Assembly (NCBI GenBank): GCA_965205485.1
Contig: OZ242180.1
Coordinates: 1,760,001-1,824,000 of the forward strand
Reading direction: 5' to 3'
DNA from: Candidatus Latescibacterota bacterium
GTDB lineage: Bacteria; Latescibacterota; UBA2968; GCA-2709665
DNA length: 64,000 nucleotides
Shown here: positions 50,613 to 60,297 of the stretch, one piece after another
How positions within the stretch are numbered: position 1 is the stretch's first letter
Layout: every line of letters begins with the position of its first letter
Position numbers and translations under genes: made by a program
The notes under the pieces: generated by a model
The model's input: only the letters and a program-made list of their open reading frames with translations
Told to the model about the DNA's origin: nothing
Databases searched by the model: none

Positions 50613-50774
50613 GTGTCCCGTCCCGGAAATATGTCACCATTCATCCGCCGATTCATCCCGTCTGGCGGCGTTGCCTTCGCTCGGTGACCTTGCGCAGGTC
50701 GCCTTGCTCAGGCGCCTTGCCAGCCGGGCGACTCGACGGCCGAATTTTGGTAATCTATTTCCGGGACAGAACAC
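50613..50774. mobile_element. MITE family 1, copy 3
   Basis: GTGTCCCGTCCCGGAAATA...TATTTCCGGGACAGAACAC; interior matches copy 1. Confidence 0.8.
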
Positions 50775-50899
50775 TTGCCATTGTGGTCGAAGACAAGGCG
50801 CGCGACCGAGTCCCATCCTGCGATTCGGCGAGGGAGCGCAACGCGGTATTTCGACCGCAAGGGCCGGCTGTAGCCCGGATGGGCTTTTTCAACGGGCTG

Positions 50900-51556
50900 C
50901 TAATACGGCCGCATCTGTACGGCGAGGGCGAGCGAGAGTTCGATTTCCGTGATCGCCCGAAACGTTGCCTGGCCGATCAGATCGAGCTTCCTCACCTGGT
51001 TGATGCGGGGGGCAACCCGCGCCAGTTCTCTGGCAGACAGAATCTGGCTGAACAGGTTGCAGGCGTGCGCCAGACTGATGATCACCACGTCCCGGGGGTC
51101 GGGGATCTGGTCGCTGAACAGGATCTCCATAATCCTGAGCTTGACTTCCCGCTCGGCCTGGTCGTCCACGGACGGGTATCGCCGCGACCGGAAGACCCAG
51201 AGAAACCGGTCGTCCCGGCGTTCGAGGATGCCCTTTTCAACCAGCCGCTCAAGAGACGTCTCGCGAATGCCCGCAGCGCTGCGAATGGCGGTGCGTTCCA
51301 CCCAGAAGCGCGCGTCGCGGGTTTCGTCAGCCTGCGAAATGTCGGCGAGCGTCGGATCGAGAAGGCCGTCCCCAACGGGGGTCGAATCCACCAGGACCAG
51401 CCGGTCCGGATCGGTGTCGATTCGGTTTTCCATGGCCAGGTCCATCAGCACCCCGCCGGCCAGCGCGTAGCGCAGGGACTGATCCGGCACGCGGGCGAAT
51501 CTGCCGTTGTCGTCGTCGAGTATCAGGAGCATGAGTTCTTCGGGGAATCTAAGCAT
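50900..51556 (-). CDS. GPP34 (Golgi phosphoprotein 3) family protein
   Basis: EELMLLILDD, ALAGGVLMDLA..NRI, GD.LLD..L, RLVEKGIL and RRYP motifs. Confidence 0.85.
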   Translation of the reverse strand: MLRFPEELMLLILDDDNGRFARVPDQSLRYALAGGVLMDLAMENRIDTDPDRLVLVDSTPVGDGLLDPTLADISQADETRDARFWVERTAIRSAAGIRETSLERLVEKGILERRDDRFLWVFRSRRYPSVDDQAEREVKLRIMEILFSDQIPDPRDVVIISLAHACNLFSQILSARELARVAPRINQVRKLDLIGQATFRAITEIELSLALAVQMRPY

Positions 51557-51597
51557 CGTCAGTTCCTTTCTTGAATGGAAGTCAATATCCAACATAA

Positions 51598-51625
51598 ATG
51601 ATACGGCAAGTTGGGGCATTGTCAA
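51598..51625 (-). promoter_or_regulatory. Putative sigma70 promoter for the GPP34 gene
   Basis: Minus strand TTGACA-16-TATCAT. Confidence 0.45.
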
Positions 51626-51683
51626 GCCTGACGCGCAGCACGGGCATGGATCGTCTTTCCCGGATTCCTGAGAAAACGATACA

Positions 51684-53306
51684 ATGAAATACGACATCCA
51701 GACGCTCCGGGGGGACATCTTCGGCGGCGTCACGGCAACCGTGGTGGCGCTGCCGGTCGCATTGGCGCTGGGGGTTGCGTCGGGCATGGGCGCGGCGGCC
51801 GGCATGTACGGAGCGATCGCGGTCGGCTTCTTCGCGGCGGTATTCGGCGGTACGCGGACCCAGATTTCGGGCCCCACGGCCCCGATGACCGTGGCTCTCG
51901 TGGTCATTGTTTCCAGCTACACGTCCAACCTCACCGAAGCGCTGACCGTGGTCGTCATGGCGGGATTGCTCCAGACGTTGCTGGGCCTTTCGAGGATCGG
52001 CCGTTTCGTGGCGTATACGCCGCACGTGGTCATTTCGGGATTCATGTCCGGTATCGGCATCATCATCATGGTGATTCACATCCTTCCGTTCTTCGGGTCG
52101 GCCCCGGCGCCGGGCGGTGTAATCGGAACGATCCGCGCGGTGTCCGATGCGATTGAGAACGTGAACTACAACGCGGTGGCCATTGCGGTCGTTGCTCTCG
52201 GCGTGGGCGTGGTCTGGCCCCGAAGGCTGGCCAGATACCTGCCCGGCCCGCTGCTGGCTCTGGTTGCGGGGACCATGCTCGGTGTGTTCTGGTTGGTGGA
52301 TGCGCCGGTCATCGGCAGGATACCGACCGGACTGCCGGAACTGCGATTGACGGTGCCTTCGGCCGGCTTTCTGATGCACGCGCTGGAGCCCGCGCTCATT
52401 CTCGCCCTGCTCGGCTCGGTGGACAGCCTCCTTACCTCGCTGGTCGCCGACTCGTTCACGGGTACCAGGCACAATCCGAGCCGGGAACTGGTGGGGCAGG
52501 GCATCGGCAATGTGATTTCGGGACTGTTCGGCGGTCTCCCGGGCGCAGGGTCGACCACCGGGACCGTAACCAATATACGCGCCGGAGGGGTAACGCCGGT
52601 ATCGGGCGCGCTGTATGGGGTACTCATGCTCGGTCTCCTGCTTGGCCTCGGACGATATGTGGAGCCGATTCCACATGCAGTACTCGCCGGAATCCTGATC
52701 AAGGTCGGATGGGACATCGTCGACTGGCGTCTTCTCTCGCGGATTCACCGCCTGCGCCGGGAACACCTTCTGGTGATGCTGGTTACTCTGGGCCTCACGG
52801 TCTTTGTCGATCTGGTGACCGCCGTAGCGATTGGCCTTATCGTTGCGGGGATGGTACACGCGCGGCAGCTGGAACGCCTGGAACTGGACAGCGTGGTCTC
52901 CGTGCCGCTGCTGGACCGGACGTTCTTTTCCGAGGAGGAGGACGTCGACGCGGCAGCCTTCAGTCCGTATTCGGCTCGCGTGGGACTGGTTGCGCTCAGG
53001 GGCAGCCTCACCGTCGCATCCTCCCACAAGCTGGCGGGCGTGATCGGCGCGGATATCAGGGACCACGAGGTCGTTATCTTCGACTTTTCCGGGGCCACGT
53101 ACCTGGACGACAGCGCAGCCATGGTCATCGGGCAGCTCATGGATATCGCCAGAAGCGAGCAGACCGAATGCATTGTGATGGGACTGTCAGGCCTGGTTCC
53201 GAGAACCCTGAACGCGCTCGGCATCCTGAAACATCTGCCCAGGCACCGCGTTGTCGAAACGCGGGACCAGGCGCGCGAGGCAGCGCGAGGGATTCTCGGT
53301 ATATAG
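51684..53306 (+). CDS. SulP-family anion transporter with STAS domain
   Basis: GD..GGVTA.VVALP.ALA.GVASG, QISGPT, ELVGQG.GN and YLDDSA motifs. Confidence 0.92.
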   Translation: MKYDIQTLRGDIFGGVTATVVALPVALALGVASGMGAAAGMYGAIAVGFFAAVFGGTRTQISGPTAPMTVALVVIVSSYTSNLTEALTVVVMAGLLQTLLGLSRIGRFVAYTPHVVISGFMSGIGIIIMVIHILPFFGSAPAPGGVIGTIRAVSDAIENVNYNAVAIAVVALGVGVVWPRRLARYLPGPLLALVAGTMLGVFWLVDAPVIGRIPTGLPELRLTVPSAGFLMHALEPALILALLGSVDSLLTSLVADSFTGTRHNPSRELVGQGIGNVISGLFGGLPGAGSTTGTVTNIRAGGVTPVSGALYGVLMLGLLLGLGRYVEPIPHAVLAGILIKVGWDIVDWRLLSRIHRLRREHLLVMLVTLGLTVFVDLVTAVAIGLIVAGMVHARQLERLELDSVVSVPLLDRTFFSEEEDVDAAAFSPYSARVGLVALRGSLTVASSHKLAGVIGADIRDHEVVIFDFSGATYLDDSAAMVIGQLMDIARSEQTECIVMGLSGLVPRTLNALGILKHLPRHRVVETRDQAREAARGILGI

Positions 53307-53409
53307 CGGATCGTCCGCGGTTTCGGAGCGCCTGCCGGGAAACCGGCGGAGGAAATATCTGACAGGAAGGACTTATGAAGGGGTCCGGTGCGATCGCCGC
53401 ATTTCACTC

Positions 53410-53442
53410 AACCCGGGGCGCAATTCCCGCCCCGGGTTTTTT
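53410..53442 (+). terminator. Intrinsic terminator
   Basis: CCCGGGGCG-N7-CGCCCCGGG followed by T6. Confidence 0.75.
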
Positions 53443-53777
53443 CTACGTTCGGCAATATGTGTAGAACCCCGCCTGTTCCGCCTATTGTTATCATCGCCGT
53501 CTCGAATTCAAGTCGAAAATTGCGCGGGCCTTTTTTAAAAAGAAATTCGGTCATGCCCTTGTGTACCGGGAAATTGCACTTATATTCATTATTACGGATA
53601 AATCCGGCAGCGCCTTCGAGCGCTGGAGCAGGGATGTTCGTCGTCCGGTTCGTTCGCTGGTTCAATCCATATTGGTGAACGAGTCAGGAGCCAGTTTCAG
53701 TGGGCGGTATTCGAGCACACTGATCGTGGCTTTCTGGTTCTCTTCGCTGGTAACCCGCAGCATTGGGAGGGATCGTC

Positions 53778-55295
53778 ATGTTCAGCGGTATGCGCAGTTT
53801 GTTTGTACTCGCAGTGGCAGTGAGTCTGACGTGGGGTTGCGGTCGTGAACGCCTGACAACGTCGCACGTGCCGGAGTCCGGAGAACAGTTCGGTCAACCG
53901 GCCGGCAAGATTGCACTCAACGGAATGATGAGGGCCGTGGTGGTGGCCAACGTGTCGGACGGCGAGGCGCCTGTAAGCGGCGTTACTGTCGAGTTCTCGC
54001 GTTCGGTTTCAGGTCAGGCCGCCAATTTCCAATGGTCGGGATCCACCAATGTACGCGGTCAGGCCTACGTGGATATCGGGGGCGCCGGGGTGACCGGCTA
54101 CTACCGGGCGCGGGCGATGAGGGACGGTAGCGAGATCGGTTCGTGGCTGAGCATACCGGTCAACAGCGGATATCAGTCGTCAGTTGAGCTGCCGATCGGC
54201 GACAAAGCGAGCGCAACCGGTGCGATTGAGCTGACGCCCGGCGGTCTGCCCGCGAAGATAGCCATCGGGGTCGCCGTGCCGCTTACGGGTCCTCAAGACG
54301 TGTACGGCCTGCCGGCGATGGCAGGCTTCGAGTTGGCTCAGAAGGAAATCAACAGTTCATCGAGACTCGGCGGCGCAAGTATCGAGTTTATCGTCGAGGA
54401 CACAGAGGGCTCGGTCGACGCCGCCACTGCAGCGTTCAACAAACTCATCGACGAAGACGGCGTAAACGTCATCCTGGGCCCCGGTATTTCCACCGTGGGA
54501 AAGGAAGTGTTCCCAATCGCCCAGGAGAACGAGGTCCTGGCATTCAGTTCGACGTCGACTGCCGTCGGCCTGAGCGCCATCGGCGATTATATCTTCCGCT
54601 CCGGACTCAACGTCGGTACGCTGGTCCCTGGCGCCGTCAAGGACCTGCAGGAGAAACTGAGGTTCAGCAGGGTCGCCACGATGGTCGACGATGCTGACGT
54701 CTATTCCAGGAGCCTGGATGAGGCGGTAAGCAATGCCCTGATGGAAGGCGAGGTGGAGATTCTGGGCCGGGAGACATTCGCGACGGGAGATACGTCTTTC
54801 GCGGACCAGTTGAACAACATCAAGGAATTGAACCCGCACGCCCTCTTTGTTTCGTGTCTGGCGGCGGAGATGATTGAAATCATGACCCAGGCCCGTGAAG
54901 TTGGCATTCCCTCGAATATTCCCATCATTATTCCCGAAATGACGATGGACGAAGTGGCGGCCGCCGGAGACGCCGCGGAACGTGTGATCAGCATTACGAG
55001 TTGGGCAACCAACGCATCCACGCCGGGAAATCAGACCTTCATTGAAAGTTATATGGCGGAAAACGACAGTGAGCCCGGTCCGTGGGCCGCGCTTTCGTAC
55101 GCCTCGCTGTACATTCTTGCGGATGCTATCGCGGACGCCGGATCGACGAACGCGAGCGCGATCAAGGACGCAATGGCCGCTACCCGGGATGTCGACACGA
55201 TTCTGGGCCGGTTCTCGTTCAACGCCGACGGCGACGCGGTCTACGATCCTATCGTGCTTGTTGTTCGGGACGGCGCATTCGAGCTGTTCGAGTAA
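53778..55295 (+). CDS. Lipoprotein: shared unnamed domain + LivJ/K-like binding domain (paralog 1)
   Basis: Lipobox-like TWGC; IGVAVPLTGP, ILGP, IGDYIFR and ILG.FSFNADGD motifs. Confidence 0.88.
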   Translation: MFSGMRSLFVLAVAVSLTWGCGRERLTTSHVPESGEQFGQPAGKIALNGMMRAVVVANVSDGEAPVSGVTVEFSRSVSGQAANFQWSGSTNVRGQAYVDIGGAGVTGYYRARAMRDGSEIGSWLSIPVNSGYQSSVELPIGDKASATGAIELTPGGLPAKIAIGVAVPLTGPQDVYGLPAMAGFELAQKEINSSSRLGGASIEFIVEDTEGSVDAATAAFNKLIDEDGVNVILGPGISTVGKEVFPIAQENEVLAFSSTSTAVGLSAIGDYIFRSGLNVGTLVPGAVKDLQEKLRFSRVATMVDDADVYSRSLDEAVSNALMEGEVEILGRETFATGDTSFADQLNNIKELNPHALFVSCLAAEMIEIMTQAREVGIPSNIPIIIPEMTMDEVAAAGDAAERVISITSWATNASTPGNQTFIESYMAENDSEPGPWAALSYASLYILADAIADAGSTNASAIKDAMAATRDVDTILGRFSFNADGDAVYDPIVLVVRDGAFELFE

Positions 55296-55434
55296 GCAAG
55301 GTTGGCAATAGAGTCCGTCCGGTTGGGACGAATAAATGACAGGCAGTGAAGGCTGCCTGTCATTTTGCGATATGGAGGAAGACGAACCTCTGCCCGTTTT
55401 TCATATTGCTTCTTTGAATTCGAGGAGGTCCGGT

Positions 55435-56958
55435 CTGTTCAACAATATCAGGGGTGTGCTGGTATTTGCGCTCGTCACTGGCGTGAGCTGGAGTTGCGGC
55501 GGCGAACGCGTCACGACGTCGCAGCTTCCGGAAGCCGGAGACGCGGTCGGTCCCGCGGCGGGCAAACTCGCTGCGGTCGGAAACACGACTCAGGCTTCGG
55601 TCATCGTTCGCGTCCTTCACGGTCAGACGCCGCAAAGCGGCGTCACCGTCGAGTTCGCCCGATCTGTCTCCGGGCGTGTGGCGGACTATGCGTGGTCCGG
55701 TGTGACGGACGTGCGCGGGCGCACGCAAGTCAGGATTGCGGGAAACCGGGTGAGCGGTTATTATAGCGCGCGGGCGATGCAGGGTGGGGCCGTGCTGGGT
55801 AACTGGACGAGCATTCCGGTCAACGCGGGATTCGAATCCACGGTTGAACTACCGGTCGGCGAAACGTCCCGCGTGACCGCCTCAATGAGGCTGACGCCGG
55901 GGGGGCTTCCCGAGCAGATTGTGATCGGACTGGTACTTCCCTGGGAAGAGCCGCAGCGCCCCTTCAGCCAGCCGATTATGAATGGATTTCAACTCGCCCG
56001 CGTGGAGATCAATGGATCATCCCGGTTGGGCGGCGCACGCATCGAGTTCATCGTCGAGAGTTCTCAAGGTACCGCCGAAGGCTCGGTTGAAGCGTTCGAC
56101 AAGCTGATTCGTCAGGACCGAGTACCGGTGATTCTCGGCCCGGCGCTTTCCACCGGGGCCGTGGCGGCGTTCCCCGTCGCGCAGCAGAGCCAGGTGGTCG
56201 CCTTCAGTTCAACGTCGGTCGCCCCCGGTCTGAGCGCAATCGGCGACTACATTTTCCGCGCCGGCCTCAGTCTGGGCGTGCTCGTACCCGGCGGCGTTGA
56301 AAAGACGATGGATAAACTGGGCTATCGCCGGGTGGCGACGATGGTGGATGAGAGCGATTTCTTTGCGCGGGCCAGCGACGAGGCGCTGAGGAGCGCGCTG
56401 ACCGGTGCGGACGTCGAGATCCTGGCAAGGGAGACGATTGAAACGAGCGATTCCACATTTGTCGAACAGTTGACCCGCATCCAGGCGCTGAACCCGGACG
56501 CCATATTCGTCTCGGTGATATCGCCGGCCGACAGGGTACGAATCCTGGTTGAGGGACGGCAGATCGGCATACCCGCCAATGTGCCGTATATTGTTCCGGA
56601 GCTGACGATAGACGACGTGCAGGCTGCTGGTGAAGCCGCGGAGGGCGCGATCACCTTTACAGGCTGGGTCAGTACGGCAACGACGCCAGGTAACCGGGAG
56701 TTCGTCGAGAACTACACGGCGGAATTCGGGTCCGGACCGAACCACTGGGCCGCGCAATCCTTTGCGGCTTTGCACATCTTGTCGGAAGCGATCGCAAACG
56801 CAGGTTCGACCGATGCGAACGTGATTCGAGACGAATTGGCGGACATCAGGGATCTGGACACGATTCTGGGACAATTCTCGTTCAACGCCGACGGCGACGC
56901 TGTTTACGATCCCGTTGTACTGATCGTCCGGGACGGCGAATTCGAGATTTTCGAGTGA
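55435..56958 (+). CDS. Lipoprotein: shared unnamed domain + LivJ/K-like binding domain (paralog 2)
   Basis: SWSC lipobox-like; start placed at the CTG after GAGGAGG by alignment with paralog 1 (ORF track starts at 55336). Confidence 0.85.
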   Translation: MFNNIRGVLVFALVTGVSWSCGGERVTTSQLPEAGDAVGPAAGKLAAVGNTTQASVIVRVLHGQTPQSGVTVEFARSVSGRVADYAWSGVTDVRGRTQVRIAGNRVSGYYSARAMQGGAVLGNWTSIPVNAGFESTVELPVGETSRVTASMRLTPGGLPEQIVIGLVLPWEEPQRPFSQPIMNGFQLARVEINGSSRLGGARIEFIVESSQGTAEGSVEAFDKLIRQDRVPVILGPALSTGAVAAFPVAQQSQVVAFSSTSVAPGLSAIGDYIFRAGLSLGVLVPGGVEKTMDKLGYRRVATMVDESDFFARASDEALRSALTGADVEILARETIETSDSTFVEQLTRIQALNPDAIFVSVISPADRVRILVEGRQIGIPANVPYIVPELTIDDVQAAGEAAEGAITFTGWVSTATTPGNREFVENYTAEFGSGPNHWAAQSFAALHILSEAIANAGSTDANVIRDELADIRDLDTILGQFSFNADGDAVYDPVVLIVRDGEFEIFE

Positions 56959-57054
56959 ACGCACGTTACGTGCTTGCACAGAAGTCGCACTCTGTGCCAA
57001 TAGCCGATCTTACGGGTTCGTTTTGCTGGTAGATTCCAAAACGGAGGGCTGGCA

Positions 57055-58566
57055 ATGATTGCCGGTGCTCGCGGTCTGCTCTTGTTCACGCTTGTCGCTG
57101 CCGCAACCTGGGGTTGCGGGGATGAACGCCCGACGATCTCGCGGGTACCGGAGGCTGACCATCAGACCGTCCAGCCATTGGGAAAACTGGCTGGCAGTGG
57201 AGACACCCAAGCCGCTCGGGTTGTGGCCCGGGTCATGCAGGGTGAGAATCCGGTAGGCGGCGTCACCGTCGAGTTCGCGCGTTCGGTTTCAGGACGGGCG
57301 ACCGATTATGAATGGTCGGCCACAACCGGCCTGGATGGTCAGGCGCGGGTAGAGATCCGGGGGGACCGGGTGAGCGGATACTACCGGGCCCGGGCCCTGC
57401 GGGACGGTCATCCCCTGGGGACATGGTCGAGTATACCGATAAATGGCGGGTATGAAGTGACGGTTGACCTGCCCGTTGGCGGTACCGCGCGCGTGACGGG
57501 TTCGTCCCTTCCAACACCAGTGGGACTCCGTGGTGAGATTGCGATTGGCATCGTCCTGCCCGTGACCACCCCACGCGGTCTGGAGATAAAGAGCGGATTT
57601 GAACTCGCTCGCGACGAGATCAACGGCTCATCCAAACTCGGCGAAGCGAGAATCAGTTTCATTATCGAGGATTCTCGAAGCTCGCCAGAGAGCGCCGTTG
57701 AAGCGTTCAACAAACTCATTCATCAGGACGGCGTTCCCGTCATTCTCGGCCCCACCCTCTCAACCGAGGCCAAAGAGGTCTTTCCCATCGCGCAACGGAA
57801 TAGGGTGGTGGCTTTCAGTTCGACGTCGAGCGCATCCGGCCTGAGCGCGGTCGGCGATTTTATCTTCCGGGTTGCGCTCAGCGTTGACGTCCTCGTGCCT
57901 GCCGGCGTCCGGCAGACCCGGGAGAAGCTCGGCTATCAGAGAGTGGCTACGATATATGATCGGATCGACGTCTTCACGCGGAGCAGCGACGAGACGTTGA
58001 GCAGTGCGCTCGCTGAAAACGGAGTCGAGATCCTCGCCAGGGAGACCTTTGAGACGGGCGATACCACCTTTGCCGAACAGTTGACACGGATCAAGGCGTT
58101 GAATCCGGACGCCGTCTTCGTCTCGGCCCTTTCAGCGGAACTGTCTGAGATTCTGATTCAGGGCCGTCGTCTGGGCGTTCCACCCGGTGTTCCCTTTATT
58201 ACTCTTGAGATGACCTTGAACGAAGTGCGAGCCGCGGGCGCAGCCGCCGAAGGCGCAATTACGTTTACAGGTTGGACCAGACTGGCTGCCACACCGGGAA
58301 ACCAGGCCTTTGTTGAAGATTATGAAGCCAAATATGGTATTGACGCCAGCCGCCGGTCGGCGCAGTCCTATGCCGCCCTAAACATCCTCTCCGAAGCGAT
58401 CGCGACTGGAGGTTCAGCCGACGCGAGCGCAATTCGAGACGCGATGGCGAGTATCCGGGATCTGGATACTATCCTGGGCCAATTCTCATTCAACGCCGAC
58501 GGCGATGCGGTTTACGATCCAATTGTGCTGATTGCGCGTGGTGGCGAATTCGAGATCTTCGAATGA
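57055..58566 (+). CDS. Lipoprotein: shared unnamed domain + LivJ/K-like binding domain (paralog 3)
   Basis: TWGC; same architecture as paralog 1. Confidence 0.88.
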   Translation: MIAGARGLLLFTLVAAATWGCGDERPTISRVPEADHQTVQPLGKLAGSGDTQAARVVARVMQGENPVGGVTVEFARSVSGRATDYEWSATTGLDGQARVEIRGDRVSGYYRARALRDGHPLGTWSSIPINGGYEVTVDLPVGGTARVTGSSLPTPVGLRGEIAIGIVLPVTTPRGLEIKSGFELARDEINGSSKLGEARISFIIEDSRSSPESAVEAFNKLIHQDGVPVILGPTLSTEAKEVFPIAQRNRVVAFSSTSSASGLSAVGDFIFRVALSVDVLVPAGVRQTREKLGYQRVATIYDRIDVFTRSSDETLSSALAENGVEILARETFETGDTTFAEQLTRIKALNPDAVFVSALSAELSEILIQGRRLGVPPGVPFITLEMTLNEVRAAGAAAEGAITFTGWTRLAATPGNQAFVEDYEAKYGIDASRRSAQSYAALNILSEAIATGGSADASAIRDAMASIRDLDTILGQFSFNADGDAVYDPIVLIARGGEFEIFE

Positions 58567-58664
58567 ACGCACGTTTCCAGGGCGGTGGCGAAAATACACT
58601 CTAAACCAGTAGCCGACTTTCCAGGTTCGTCTAACACGCAGAATTCAAACCGGAGGAGATTGCC

Positions 58665-60275
58665 ATGTCAACCCGTGTTCGCAGTTTGTTTCTGTTCGCG
58701 CTTGTCGCAGTCGTAACCTGGGGTTGCGGGGGTGAACGCCTGACGACGTCGCAGGTACCGGAGGCTGACGTTCGAACCGGCGAGGCATTGGGAAAACTGG
58801 CTGTCAGTGGAGACACCACACCTGCCCTGGTCGTCGCCAGGGTGATTCAGGGTGAGAGTCCGGTAAGCGGTGTCACCGTGGAAATCGCACGTTCCATTTC
58901 CGGGCGCCCGGCGGATTACGAGGCATCGGGGACGACCGATGCGAACGGCGTCACGCGGGTGGAAGTTGGCGGGTCGGGCGGGTACTACCGGGCCCGGGCG
59001 ATGCAGGACGGAAGTTCGCTGGGATCGTGGGCCAGTATACCGTTAAATGGGGGGTATGAAACCAACGTCGATTTGCCTGTTGGGGACAAGGCGCGCGTCA
59101 CGGGTGCGTTTGAACGGGCCCTGGTTGCGTTCGGCGAGGGCCAGGCCGTGCATATCCAATCGCTGCTTACCCATACGATCTCGGCATCGCTTGGCAATCC
59201 GTCGCGCAACGCCGTCGAGCTGGCTGTCCGGGACTACGGAACCGTCCACGGCCGCGACGTCGAGCTCGGCGATCCCGTTGACGGCCTGTGCGGGCCGGAG
59301 GGCGGACACGCGGGCGCAGTGCAGATTGTCGCCGATTCACGGGTGTTGGGCATCGTCGGCACATCCTGCTCGGGCGCCGCGGTGGCGGCGTCACCGGTCA
59401 TCAGCGCGGCCGGTCTGGTCATGATTTCACCATCCAATACGTCCCCAAGATTGACGTCCGACCTGGCGGGCAACGCGAGCTCCGACTATCACCCCGGATA
59501 CTTCCGGGTTGCGGTCAACGACCTCTACCAGGCCCGGGCCGTTGCGGACTTCGCATACAATGAGCTTGGCCTGCGGCGCATGGTGGCCGTAGACGACGGC
59601 GACCCCTATACCACGGCCCTCGTGAGCGCATTCGGCGATGCGTTCGCCGCCGTTGGCGGCGAGGTTTCCGTCAGCGCGCGGATAGACAAAGGACAAACGG
59701 ACATGACGTCGGTTCTCGCGGAATTCGCGGAAGCGGGGCCGGACGCCATCTTCTTCCCGCTATTCGACGAGGAAGGCCTGCCGTTCGCGAAACAGGTAAG
59801 GGAATTCGACGGTCTCGAAGGCGTGACCCTCATTACGGGCGCTGCCCTGCTCGATTCGGAGTTTCTCGCGACGCCTCAATCCGAGGGCGTGTACGCGGCC
59901 GGGCCTGAGGCGGATCTCGGATCGAATGTCAATGCCGTAACCGGCAAGAGCGTGGACGAGGCGCTGGCCGCGTATGAAGCGGCGTACGGCGGATTTCCCG
60001 GGACGCCGTACTGGGCGCATTCCTACGACGCGACGACGTTGCTTCTCAGCGCCATCGAATCCGTGGCGATCGCAAGGGACGAAGAGCTGATCGTGGACCG
60101 CAACGCGCTGCGCCGGGAACTCCACGCGACGTCCGGTTTCCAGGCTCTCGTCGGCACGCTCGCCTGCGATGAATTCGGTGACTGCGGCACCGGACGCATC
60201 AACATCTACCACCATACGGACCCGAGCGTCACCGATCCCTCGCAATTGCCCGTGGTCTATCGATTTGTGCCGTAG
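58665..60275 (+). CDS. Lipoprotein: shared unnamed domain + divergent branched-chain amino acid binding domain (paralog 4)
   Basis: TWGC; binding domain of another subfamily (DGLCGPEGG, GTSCSGA, MISPSNT, CDEFGDCG). Confidence 0.88.
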   Translation: MSTRVRSLFLFALVAVVTWGCGGERLTTSQVPEADVRTGEALGKLAVSGDTTPALVVARVIQGESPVSGVTVEIARSISGRPADYEASGTTDANGVTRVEVGGSGGYYRARAMQDGSSLGSWASIPLNGGYETNVDLPVGDKARVTGAFERALVAFGEGQAVHIQSLLTHTISASLGNPSRNAVELAVRDYGTVHGRDVELGDPVDGLCGPEGGHAGAVQIVADSRVLGIVGTSCSGAAVAASPVISAAGLVMISPSNTSPRLTSDLAGNASSDYHPGYFRVAVNDLYQARAVADFAYNELGLRRMVAVDDGDPYTTALVSAFGDAFAAVGGEVSVSARIDKGQTDMTSVLAEFAEAGPDAIFFPLFDEEGLPFAKQVREFDGLEGVTLITGAALLDSEFLATPQSEGVYAAGPEADLGSNVNAVTGKSVDEALAAYEAAYGGFPGTPYWAHSYDATTLLLSAIESVAIARDEELIVDRNALRRELHATSGFQALVGTLACDEFGDCGTGRINIYHHTDPSVTDPSQLPVVYRFVP

Positions 60276-60297
60276 TGGTCAAACCTGAGGAAGTTCC

